A stretch of 64,000 nt of DNA from Sphyrna mokarran (taxonomy: Eukaryota). Below the pieces are notes generated by a model that saw nothing but the letters and a program-made list of their open reading frames with translations, did no database searches and was not told the DNA's origin. Positions 51,137 through 62,049 of the stretch are shown piece by piece. The translations under genes were made by a program, and so were the position numbers. Positions within the stretch are counted from its first letter, which is position 1. Each line of letters opens with the position of its first letter. The DNA is taken from positions 5,580,001 to 5,644,000 of the forward strand of contig JAGIQG010000040.1 in the NCBI GenBank assembly GCA_024679065.1, in the 5' to 3' direction.

Positions 51137-51702
51137 AGACTGAAAGCGCAGTAATAGCGGCCAGAGTCAGTCAGCCGGAGGCTCGAGATGGTTAAAGTAG
51201 TTAATTTATCCGAGGTCTGGAGTTCAGCAGAGAAACGGGATCCAAAACCTTCCCCTCTGTCTTGTGCACCTCCAGATCTTTTCCATATAATAAACTGGAA
51301 ATCGTTCTGTGACTGCTGTCTGTACCAATACAAGAAATAGCCACTTGCTGTCGTGTTGTAGGTACATCGAATAGTCACCGTTTCATCTTCTCTCCTCTGT
51401 AAAGACTGCGGCTGAGAAACAGAATCTCCATCACTCGGATCTGTAACGTGTTCAAGAAAAAGAAAAACATCTCAGTGTTAGATGTGCTGCTGAAATAATA
51501 TTAACATTTTATATTCACCTCGGCATAAACTGGAGTTACGAAATAAAAGCAAATGATGGTAGAAATACACAGCAGGGTCAAGAACCACCACTGGAGAGAA
51601 GCAGAGCTAAAGGTTCAGATCGCGATAAAATTTAGCCGGGTTGGAGAAATTCTTACTGATAAGAAACAGCCCGAACACAATGCAGACGGTGAGGAACTCC
51701 AT
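51137..51702 (-). CDS. TRAV: TCR alpha/delta V segment, family A copy 4 (leader 51702-51657, V exon 51440-51137)
   Basis: IRCTY...WYRQ...DSGRYYCAFS. 23-RSS at 51136-51098. Confidence 0.92.
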
Positions 51703-52408
51703 GGCGGCTGCAGAGTCCGGGGCTGTGACTACCTTTAAAAATCCAAACACTGCCGGAACAGAATCTGTTTTTAACGTCACTTTCTGATCTCAAGCTTCCC
51801 ATCCAATCAACAATTTGCAATCTATCCGACATAGATTGAGATAAGATTTCAATGAGTTTAGTGTCAGCTGAAGCCCTTTGACCTTCACTATTACATATCT
51901 GAGACTCAGTGACTGAGTGAGTTCAGTGTGTGGTGAAAGGGAAGAATCAGCTTCACTGACAAGGCCGTAAGAGATAGGAGCAGAATTAAACCATTCGGCC
52001 CAACGTGCCTATTCCATCATTCAATTATGGCCGATATGTTTAAAATCCCTGCAGAATCATAGAATCTCTACAGTGCACAAGGAGGCCATTCGGCCCATCT
52101 AGTTGGAAACGGCCACAATTCTGAACCGAATATTCCAGGGATATTGATTAGGTTGATCAGCCACGCTAAAACTGCTCCTAAATGTCAGGGGGATTAGAAG
52201 GTAAAAGTATGGATTACGGGAATAGCACAGGACCTGGGTGGGATTGTTGTCGGTGCAGGTTCGATGGGTCAAACGGCCTCCTGCTGCATTGTAGAGGTTG
52301 CCTTCTGTGATTCAATCCCACCCAGGCCTATTCCTGTAACGCCACATATTTATCATGCTGACACCATACCCTGACACTAGGGTCAATTTGTCATGGAGAA
52401 TCAATCTT

Positions 52409-52781
52409 AGAACGTAGAACATAGAACATTACAGCGCAGTACAGGCCCTTCGGCCCTCGATGTTGCGCCGGCCAGTGGACCCTCTAACCTAAACTATTCC
52501 AATATCATCCATATGCCTATCCACCGAACATTTGAATGCCCCCAAAGTAGGCGAGTCCACAACTGCTGCAGGCAGTGCATTCCACGCCCTCACCACCCTC
52601 TGTGTGAAGAACCTGCCTCTGACATCCGTCCTATAACTACCACCTCTTAATTTAAAGTTATGTCCCCTCGTGTTGGTCATCACCATCCGAGGAAAAAGGC
52701 TCTCACTATCCACCCTATCCAATCCCTTGATCATCTTATACACCTCAATTAGGTCACCGCGTAACCTTCTTCTCTCTAATG
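52409..52781 (-). mobile_element. CR1 3' end insertion; TSD AATCTT
   Basis: YKMIKGLDRVDSESLFP...WNALP. AATCTT at 52403-52408 and 52782-52787. Absent from the sister units. Confidence 0.88.
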
Positions 52782-53480
52782 AATCTTACCCACATATCTT
52801 TGGGTGGAAACAGGAGCATCCGGAGGAGCCCCACACAGACACGGGGAGAACGTGTCGTCTCCACACAGACAGTGACCGGAGTCTGAAATCGGACCCGGGT
52901 CCCTGGCGCTGTGAAGCAGCAGTGGTAATCACTCTGCCACGATGTCGCTCCTGTGGGGTTTCTCAACCCCATTTTTGTACCTCGATCCTATAATCTTTGG
53001 TCCTTTTCCCAAGCAGGAACCTATCTATCTCTGTCTTAAACGTACTCAATGACCTGCTCTCCACAGCCTTCTATGGCAAGGAATTCCATGGATTCACCAC
53101 CATCTCCCTGAAGAAATTCCTCTATATCTCGATTCTAATGGATGTCCCTTTATTCTAAAGCGGTGCTGTCGAATCCTAATCTCTCCTACTAATGGAAACA
53201 TGTTCTCCACACCCAGTCTATCCAGGCCTTTCGGTAATTTGTAAATTTTAAAGAGGCCTCCCACATCCTTCTAAACAGCATGTAATACAGACCCAGAGGC
53301 TTTAGACGGTGGCAGTTTTATTTGATCGGTTTTAATCGCCCATGTTGAATTTTATTTATTTTTATGTAGCTTTGTGACGGCTTCTCAAGAATATTAATCT
53401 CATTGTCATGTGCGTGATCTGTTCACACTGAACGCTTCGCTCTGAAGAGTAGATTTCGTCGGGTTGTGACTTTAAATAAA

Positions 53481-54352
53481 ACAATAATCTGGTCGCCGTA
53501 CTACCGGAAGGATGTGGAGTCCCTGGAGAGAGTGCAGAGGAGATTTCCCAGGATGCTGCCTGGTATGGAAGGGCTGTCTTACGAGGAAAGGTTGAACGCA
53601 CTAGGGTTGTTTTCCCTTGAAAGACGTCGGCTGAGAGGGGATCTATTAGAGGTATATAAGATTATGAGGGCTATAGATAGAGTAAATGGTGGTAAGCTTT
53701 TTCCACCATTAGATTCGGATAGAATGAGGGGTCATGGCCTTAGGGTGAGGGGGGCTATGTATAAGACTAATATTAGAGGGCATTTTTTCACACAAAGGGT
53801 AGGGGGGGTGTGGAATGCACTACCGAGTAATGTGGTAGGAGCAGGCACGCTAGGGTTGTTTAAGGGTCTCTTGGACAGCCACATGAGCGGTCTGCAGATA
53901 GAGGGATATAGGAGGACTGTTTAAATACTTTAATTCTTTCCACAGACTGTTCGGTCCACCTTGTTGACCAACAAGGTGCATGCATTCGGCAGGCCGTGCG
54001 AGGGCTGCTCCTGGATGTTACTTTAGGAGTGGCCTAGTGCTTCATGTCGTTAGTGTATGCTTAAACTGGACCATCAGATGGGCAACATGACAGCTCAGAG
54101 ACTATCGCTGTTGCTGTGCAGACACATGGATTTGGGCCTGTGTCTGCGGGAGTTTGCGCGTTCTCCCTGTGGTTGCATGGGTTTTCTCCGGGTGCTCCGG
54201 TTTCCTCCCACATCCCAAAAATGTGCTCTTAGGCTGATCGGGTAACAAATTGTCCCGATATTGGTCTCTATATGTCATTAAGACGGTAGGATGGCGGCGC
54301 GGGCTCGTTGGGCCGAAGGGCCTGTTTCCCGTGCTGTGTTGTTCTTTGTTCT
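53481..54352 (+). mobile_element. CR1 insertion with long 3'UTR carrying a SINE-like core
   Basis: WSPYYRKDVESLERVQRRF...WNALP runs to the stop at 53924, followed by ~430 nt of UTR ending in TTCTTTG repeats. It interrupts taaataaa|cggattg of the sister units. Confidence 0.88.
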
Positions 54353-56509
54353 TAATAAATGGATTGTACATCAGCGGATTTAGGTGCAGATCCCCTCAGA
54401 GAAACAAATGCAGCAACCCGAAATATACAAGTTAAGAAATGAAGATAAACGAATAGAAAGGCAGTGAATGTATCAAGTGCCGATACCATGATCGAAGGAG
54501 AGAGATAAGTAGAGAGGAACAGATGGAGAGGCAGAGAGATAAGCAAAAGAAAAGGGAATGTCAGGGAGATAAATAGCGGGGCAGACATTGAGATAAGTGA
54601 GGGAGAGGCGGAAGCTGCAAGGGAAATGGATGATGATACGCTGAAGGGAGCAGATGCAGAAATGTAGAGATAATACAAGGAGATACAAAGAGAGACAAAC
54701 GAACGGATGACAAGAGAAACAGAGATAGACAGTGACAGAAACAAATATGTCCAACTTAAAAATCAATGGCCTAAATCCAATCAGAATTCCAGAAAGGGAA
54801 AGAAAATAACTTAATTTAGAACGTGATACCATCAGGGAGATTTCCGAGAGCCCCCTATACCCCTCAGAATGAAACCAGTATCACTATTACATTGTGACCC
54901 TTCCCGTGTCCCTGCGGTAAACACGCATGTGCGGTGAGGCACCTCCATCTGGCGGCGATCCAAGGTAATTTATTATTTTCTGGAAAACCACCCAATTCTC
55001 AGAATACAGAAGGACATCACTGCATTAGTTTTAAGCCTATGTTCATTTATTAGTGTCACAAGTCTGAACTAATGAATTCTGATTTTTGCTTTCTCTCTGT
55101 ACTTCTCTGGTTCTCCAGCTCTCTCTTCTTATGGGACCTAAGTACCTTGCTCTGTCATTCCGCCTCGGTTTCTCTATATCCCTTTGCTCTGCTTCTGATC
55201 GTCTCTGTCTTCACACATGCTCTACGTTCTTCTTTTTCTATCTTTTTCCCTAAAGTTTAGGGTTTTGACAATCCAATTTCTCCCACTGTCCCATTTCAAA
55301 GAATCCACAAATTACTCATTAGATTGGAGCAGCAATAATTGATAAAGTTAACAACAGGATTTGAGGGATAACAGTATGATGGAAAGATTTAAATGCAAAT
55401 AACCAAGGAATATAGGTAATGAATAAGAATCCAGGAACATGTTTCCTTTTTGTGTTGTTATTTTAGAGCAGGCATCTTATCTGAATCTTGATGGCTTCTT
55501 ATTGTTTAAAATGGGCTTTTATAACCATTGTTAATTGAATATAGCGAATCACCAGCAACTAAAATAACCTTGGGATTATCCCTCATGCATACGTTCAACT
55601 GGATTAAATTACAGTGTAATAATAAAAGTAATGGAAAAATAATCTGTCATAGTGGCAGATTGGTTAGCTCTGCTGCCTCACAGCGCTGGGGATCCGGGCT
55701 CAGTCACTGTCTGTGTGGAGTCTGCAGGTTCTCCCGTGTCTGCGTGGGTTTCCTCCGGGTGCTCAGGTTTCCTCCCGTAGTCCAAAAATGTGCAGGTTAG
55801 ATACATTAGTCATGCTACATTTTCGTTAAATGTACCCGAACAGGCGGCGGCGCGAGGCAACTGAGGGATCGCATGTTGCAGACTGACACATTCCAGAAGC
55901 CAAGATTACTTGTGAGGGATGCAGTAAAGCAAGGGGCAATCATCACATATGCACAAAATGGGAAGGTTGCTGTGGAAGACCTTTCAGCCACTGTGAATAG
56001 AAGGATAAGGGATGTTATAGATCAACTCGGACATTATGATCCACAGCGAATGCACACGGTTCATATTACATGTATCACATTTGGATTGAAGCATCTCAGA
56101 ATGCAACTCGGTCTGTGCAGACCACTTGAATATTTGTGTACTTTGTGTGATAGCCATTTTGTTCAGCACGTTTTTCAATGTATTTTACGAATGAAGGAAT
56201 CTCGGCACGAGAAACACCTAAAAATAGAAGAGGCAGAAACAGCCACCTTGCGGAAGGGGTGAAAAGTGGACTCAGAGGCCGTCACCATCATCTAGAGCCG
56301 AATGTAAAGAACAGAAGGATGTTTTACCACTGATAACGACTATTTTGCAATGTCTGCGATGTTTTTTTTTGACTGTATTGAATCACCATAGAATGCAACA
56401 CGATGTATGTAGAGAAACTGTACATACCTGTACTTTGTGGCCACTTCGAGATGCTTGTAATGCTCGACCAGGTATTTGACAAATAAAGTTTTTTTTGCAA
56501 AAAGCAAAC

Positions 56510-56790
56510 GCAATTTTGGATCTGGAATGTCAGAGCCTTCGTGGAGAACGTCAACAGGGGCAGACTCTAATGGTGTAATGCTATCAGTGGCTGAGAGCTC
56601 AGGCATTTCAATATTGACGTCAGTGCCCTAAGTGAGGCCCGGTGGGCAGGGCCAACTTCAGGAAAAAAGCTGACGGTTACACTTTCCCCTGGAAAGATAA
56701 ACGAGATGGAGATCGCTGACTCTATAGGGTTGGCTTTGGCATAAAATAAAACAAAGAAGCCTGCCACCTGAGAAACTCCCTTTGCTGGCT
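56510..56790 (+). mobile_element. RTE-type LINE endonuclease fragment
   Basis: Broken frame WNVRA...ELRHFNIDVSALSEARWAG resembles the RTE APE N-terminus. RT-like scrap AFLNPTNSFDTFNRQGL at 57680. Confidence 0.55.
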
Positions 56791-56869
56791 AAATTAATCC
56801 CTCATGAACATTTGGGTAAACGTAGCCCACAAGTAGTGCCGTGCTTCCAATGTTAAAGCAGTGCCTTTT

Positions 56870-57480
56870 GTGCTATACAGTCAAACATACCGTTTGTGAT
56901 GAAAGAGAAGGAAATGAAAAGGAGAGAGCGCAGAATATACTGTCACAGTCATAGCTTGGTGAAAAGTTTAATATGAGATAGGGCCATTCAAAAGTCTGAT
57001 GCAAACAGGGAAGAAGCTGCTCTTGATTCTTTTGGTACGTGTTTTCAGACTTTTGCATTTTTTCCCCAGATGGAAGAATGTGGAACAGGGGATGTCTGGG
57101 ATACATGGGGAACTTGATTATGCTGGGTGCTTTTCTGAGGCAGTGGGAAGTGTAGACGGAACCAATGTATGAGAGGCTGGTTTGTGTAATGGACTCGGTT
57201 ACGTTCACAACCTCGTCCAATCGTGGTCAGAGCAGGAGATAGACCAAGCTGAGATAAATTCAATAAGATTGGTTTCTATGGCGCATGCAAAAAAAACTGG
57301 TGAGGGTTGCAGTGGACAACTTGAATTTTTCAGCTCCCCGAGAAAGTGGAGACACTGGTGAGCTTTCCAAACTATTGTGCCAGCATGGAGGAACCAGGAC
57401 TCATTGTTGCTGATCAGAATATATGGAAAATTGAAGCCCTCGACAATCTCCACTTCGTTATCATTGATGTCGCCAGGGAA
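56870..57480 (-). mobile_element. Rex1/Babar-type LINE fragment
   Basis: CAIETNLIEFISAW and SIIKFPMYPRHPLFHILPSG; homologous to 15290-15960. Confidence 0.7.
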
Positions 57481-57836
57481 CAACGCCGCATAGGAAACAG
57501 GCTCTTCAGCCCAACAAGCCTGCACCACCCATTTTATCATTGTGAGTGCCCTCTTCTACCTATGACCTTTGTCTACGCTCATTGGACTCCACAATAAAGG
57601 AACCATAACCAGATTGAGGAACGACTAATTTAGGGACAATTTGTTAACACCAGTTAAATGCAGGTGATGGCAGCAAACTTTGTATATGGCCTTCCTTAAC
57701 CCCACAAATTCCTTTGACACTTTTAACCGCCAGGGACTATGCAGAATTCTCCTCCATTTTGACTCTTTCAAAGATTTTACCCCCACCTGCACCTGCTCCA
57801 CGATAACATGGAAAGTGTGGTCAATTATTTTTTCAG

Positions 57837-58634
57837 TGTTGCCTCCCGCACTGGGTGTTTTAACCCTTATACGGTGGGCAAATAACTATGAGTAGACATT
57901 TTGTTAGTGCGACCAATTTTTATTTAAACCCACAAAATCAATAATCACCCACCCGACCAACAATAAGTTACCTTACAGAAAATACTAGAATTCAAGTCCA
58001 ATACAAAGACCTTGACTTAACTTTGTGTGACTGGCAAGTACTCAAGCAGATATTGGCCATTATCTGTGCGCTGGTCTTTGGTAGTCATCTGCGTAGTCTG
58101 GTCCTTTGGTCTATTCTGGCTCTGGTCTTCTTCCTTCTTTGTCGGGTATGGAGGCTCTCCTCTTGCTGGCTTTGTTCATCATTATTGTAGGTCATTCGTG
58201 GGGTCAGACAGAGAGAGAGAGATTCCTGGTTGTGCAGTACCCTTTATACCCCATTTGCTTTCAGGCACTTTTTTAGGCATTGCCAATCAATTGATCAGGA
58301 TTTGATCTCCCTGATGGATAAGACTCCAATCAGCTACTAACACACCGATCTCTGTGTGTGTCCCTAACGGCCATGCGTTTAGGCGCTGGAGGCACATAGG
58401 AGACATACCTCTCTCCTAAATAAGGAATCACGGTGTCCTTATGTCTGGTACACAACTCAGTGTGACCAGAAAGTCTCTTTCATCCTGGAGATGACCCATA
58501 TCCTGTTTACTCACTCGTCAGGGTTGCAGTCTGTTTGTCTCTGTCTTTAAACTGCAATCTGTCAGTTTGGTTTCTTGTCCAATTGTCCCAGAGTGCTTTA
58601 CAAAACGCCATTTCAGATGGGCTGTTTGGCTACA
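57837..58634 (-). mobile_element. Solo LTR (798 bp) with 4-bp TSD TCAG
   Basis: TG...CA termini, TCAG at 57833-57836 and 58635-58638. On the - strand, TATAAA at ~58245 and AATAAA at ~57920. Confidence 0.75.
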
Positions 58635-58819
58635 TCAGTAAGCACAGGGAGGTGTTTGATGTTCAGAGGGGCACCCTGAAGCCATTCCTGGGAGTATTTG
58701 ACTCTGTATTCTCAGCTATTGTTGTCTCCTTCCATTTTTAAAATAGTGAACGTATTTTATTTGTAAAGTTGAAATATTATTGCATATAACTCTAGCATTA
58801 TTCTTTATTATCGTGGCCT

Positions 58820-59140
58820 TCTCTCCATCTCTCTCTCTCACTAACGTTCCCCGCTCCTCCTCCCCCACCTCTCTGTCTCTCTCTTCCCTGTGTCTACTTT
58901 CCACACTATCGTTTCTGCTTCTCCCTTTATGCTCCTGTTCTCTCTGCCCCCTTTTTCTTTATGCCTCTGCCCTCTTTCTGCCCTCTGCAGCTTTCCCTGT
59001 CCTCTCTCCCCCCTTTCTCGTTCTGTTCCTCTCGCTCTACCTCACTCTCTCCCCTTATTTCTCTTTCTCTCTCTCTCTCTCGCGGGTGTCTGATCTTATT
59101 TTTTTTTTGCGAGATATCTCGCCCTCCCTCTCTCCCGCTG
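58820..59140. repeat. CT-rich low-complexity tract
   Basis: Directly visible polypyrimidine and (CT)n stretch. Confidence 0.8.
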
Positions 59141-59479
59141 CGATTGATTCTGGAGCCTAATGATTTTCCTGTTTCCCCTTCGATCTCCGGTCCCATTTGA
59201 CTTCAAATTGACAATGCAACACTTAACTGTTGACCCAGTTAATTATGTAGGTGCGGTTTGTGATCTCACCTCCCTTCGGTTATCTCATGTCGTCTCTAGA
59301 AACTCAATTCTTCAGGCCACCCCCAGCAGTGTACTGTGGGAATGTAGAACCACTTACCAAGAGGATGATGTTTGGATGATTGCTGTCCAATCAGAGTGAA
59401 GTAGCGGGATAATGGGCAGCTGGAACGGTGAATCGGAGAGGAAATTATCTCATTGTCATTGTATTCAAGTCAGAACAAG

Positions 59480-60670
59480 GTAATTGGATCTTGGATAGTT
59501 GATCTAGCCAATAGAGGGTCCAATTGATGTAGTTCATATGGATTTTAGCAAAACTTCTGATGAGGGCCTACATGGGAGAACTGATTGACAAAAATGAAAC
59601 ACATAGAATTCGGGAGAACTTTGCAATGCAGATCCAAAACTGGCTTCGTAATTGTAAACAAAGTATCATCATAGAAGGCTGTTTGAGTGGCTGGAAGCCA
59701 GTGTCTAGTGGCATATCACAAAGATCAGTGTAGGGGCACTTCTTGTTTATTATCTACACAAATTATAAGATGAAATGTAGGGAAATGCTAAACAAGGTTG
59801 GTAGGGTGGTTAAGGGTAAAGAAAAAGGGTGTAGTTGTCAGGAAGATAGAGACGAATTGGTCAGATGACAAAGCAGTGCCAGGCGGTATTTAATCCTACT
59901 AAGTGCGACTTGATGCACTTTGGGAGAAATAACAAGACAAGGGAGTATTTAATGCATGCAGGACACGAGGAGGCTCAGGATAACAGATGGTTCTTGGGGT
60001 AAATACTCATAAATCCTTGAAGGCAGCAGAGCAGTTGAATATCATATTTAGGAATGCATACAGACGCTTGTTTTTGACAGTTGTGGCATAGAGTAGAAGT
60101 ACAAGGATAATGTTGGAGCTGTACAGAACACTGGTTAAGCCACAGCAGGTGCACTGCGTATGGATCAGATCATCTCACAGAAGGAAGGATGTGATTCCAC
60201 TGATACAGTGGATATTCACCACACTTCTGCCTAGAATAGAACATTTGAGCAATAAAGGAGACTGGAGAGGCTTAGATAGGCACAGAAGTGGCTGAGGAGA
60301 CATGTCTGAGGTGTATAAGATTATGAGGGGTATGGACAGGCTGAATGGAAATCAGATATTCCTTTTGGTCAAGGATCAATCACAAGGAGGTGTAGCATTT
60401 GAGGTAGCGGCAGGACATTCAGAGAGGATTTGAAAAAAGTCTCAGCAAATACTGAGAATCTGGAATGCACTGCCTGCAAAAGTAATGGAGGCGGAAACCT
60501 TATAAATTTTAACAAGTATGTGGATGAGAATTTGAAATATCATAACATTCAAGGATGTGGGACATTTGCAAGAGCATGCAAGCAAAGCGATTTGAGTGAT
60601 AGTTATTCTGGGTGCAAATTTGATGGACTGAAGAACCTTTTCTGCACTAGACAACTTCATGAATCTATGG
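59480..60670 (+). mobile_element. Old degenerate CR1 ORF2 3' half
   Basis: MDFSKT..., LELYRTLVKPQ..., and a CR1-like 3'UTR. Many stops. Confidence 0.8.
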
Positions 60671-60754
60671 AGATCCTGTCGTGTTTGTACCTCCCTTTTC
60701 AGGAAATGTAAACAAAAGAGAAATCTGGAAACTCTGAATGATTCTGTGTTTCTC

Positions 60755-61641
60755 TTAATGACTCTGAGTAAATGGATATTTCATCACATTCTTCAGCTGC
60801 TCCCTGAACTTAGTCTGGGTGACCGCATAAATAAAAGTGTTTGTGCTGCAGCTCAGGAGCTGCAACATGAATCCCAACGCTTCAACAAAAACCGCACTGT
60901 ATACATATGGATACCCTAACCAGAATATCTGGAAAGATAAAGTATCGATCATTATCGTTGACCATAACAGGATGAAATTGGCTGAAATAACAAACAGTAA
61001 AATGATGGAATTCCTTCGACTTTCCATTTCTGGGTCTCTGACACTCTCACCATTGCAGTGAGCCCGGAGCCTTCTGCGGGCTCTGCTCGTCACTAAAATG
61101 TATTTGACAGTGAGAAAATTGAGAAGAAGAATCAGAACAAATGGAATACATGGTGTTAGAATGTAATGGAAGAGCACAATTGCTCCCCAGACTGGAGAAA
61201 GCAGGACATCAAATGAATAATTACAAAACCAAGGGTCGTTCATCAATGCATACTTACGTGTTACCATAAAATACCAGAAAATATTCTTTAAACAGCTTAG
61301 TGCAGTCACTGTTCCCAGAACCACAGATGCCACTTTTTCACTGCAACATTTATTTTTCAGCTTCTGGCAACAAATGGCCACAAATCGATCAAAGGTGAAA
61401 GTGACGGTGAACCAGACAGAACAGTCAGTGGCTGCATAAAGCAGGACAGCGTGGATATTACACACGGGGATCAATTTCAGGAAATGAAACAATTCATCAA
61501 AAACAATCGGAATGTGTCTCAATATCAGGTCAAGGATAATAACCAGCAGATCCGACAATGACATGGCCACCAGGTAACGAGTGACACATCTGGAGAGACC
61601 ACAGTTTTTGCGAATGAGGATCACAATAGTGACTAAGTTCA
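60755..61641 (-). CDS. Coding exon 2 of a GPR139-like class A GPCR (TM1 end to C-terminus); exon 1 lies outside the window (>64000)
   Basis: Acceptor tttccctttctcacag|TG AAC TTA (phase 1). VNLVTIVIL...YLVAMSLSDLLV...CNIH...FTFDRFVAIC...TNTFIYAVTQTKFREQL. Open frame with 7TM hydrophobic pattern. Confidence 0.9.
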
Positions 61642-62049
61642 CTGTGAGAAAGGGAAATAAATAATGCAATCATACATCATGCTGCTGGCAAAATGACCAT
61701 TTGATTGAGTAGTTATTGAGATGTGCTACTGCATACTGAAATGTATTAAAGTAATCAACCTGATAGAACAAATGGGAACATCTGTGACACAATGGAAAGA
61801 ATCATAGATGAAATAAAATCAGGGTGTGCAGAAAGAACAGGGAGGCAGGAATGTCAGAGGGAGCCAGAAACGATGGAGAGAGTCTAGAGTGATTGGGTCC
61901 TGTGGTGGGATGCAGAATGATGCAGATTTCAGGAGTGATGCAGCGTTGGGGTTATTGGGAGGAACCATGGGTGATGGGCCTGTTAGGCACAGAAGAGGGT
62001 TGACAATTTATGTGTTTTCCAAATGATTTGAAACGATTTTTAAATAATT

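Larger units (their letters stand above)
39255..55868. repeat. Tandem triplication of a ~4.9-kb unit (starts ~39255, ~45645, ~50540)
   Basis: Collinear near-identical blocks: V, SINE, CR1 scrap, GA-rich tract, SINE, + strand pseudo-V. An older partial copy is at 33470-34730. Confidence 0.92.

Noticed and set aside
40265-51738. Repeated + strand ORF MMVEIHSRVKNHHW (40265, 46644, 51553)
   Set aside because: Antisense shadow of the duplicated V leader exon and intron.
43660-59200. Hydrophobic Leu/Ser-rich ORFs (43665, 48257, 54352, 58780 etc.)
   Set aside because: These are translations of GA/CT-rich low-complexity tracts, and the frames are not conserved among the repeat units.
3274-61641. 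The two GPCR exons as a single gene with the V array in its intron
   Set aside because: Splice phases are compatible, but on the - strand exon 2 (61 kb) precedes exon 1 (3.3 kb), so they belong to different genes.
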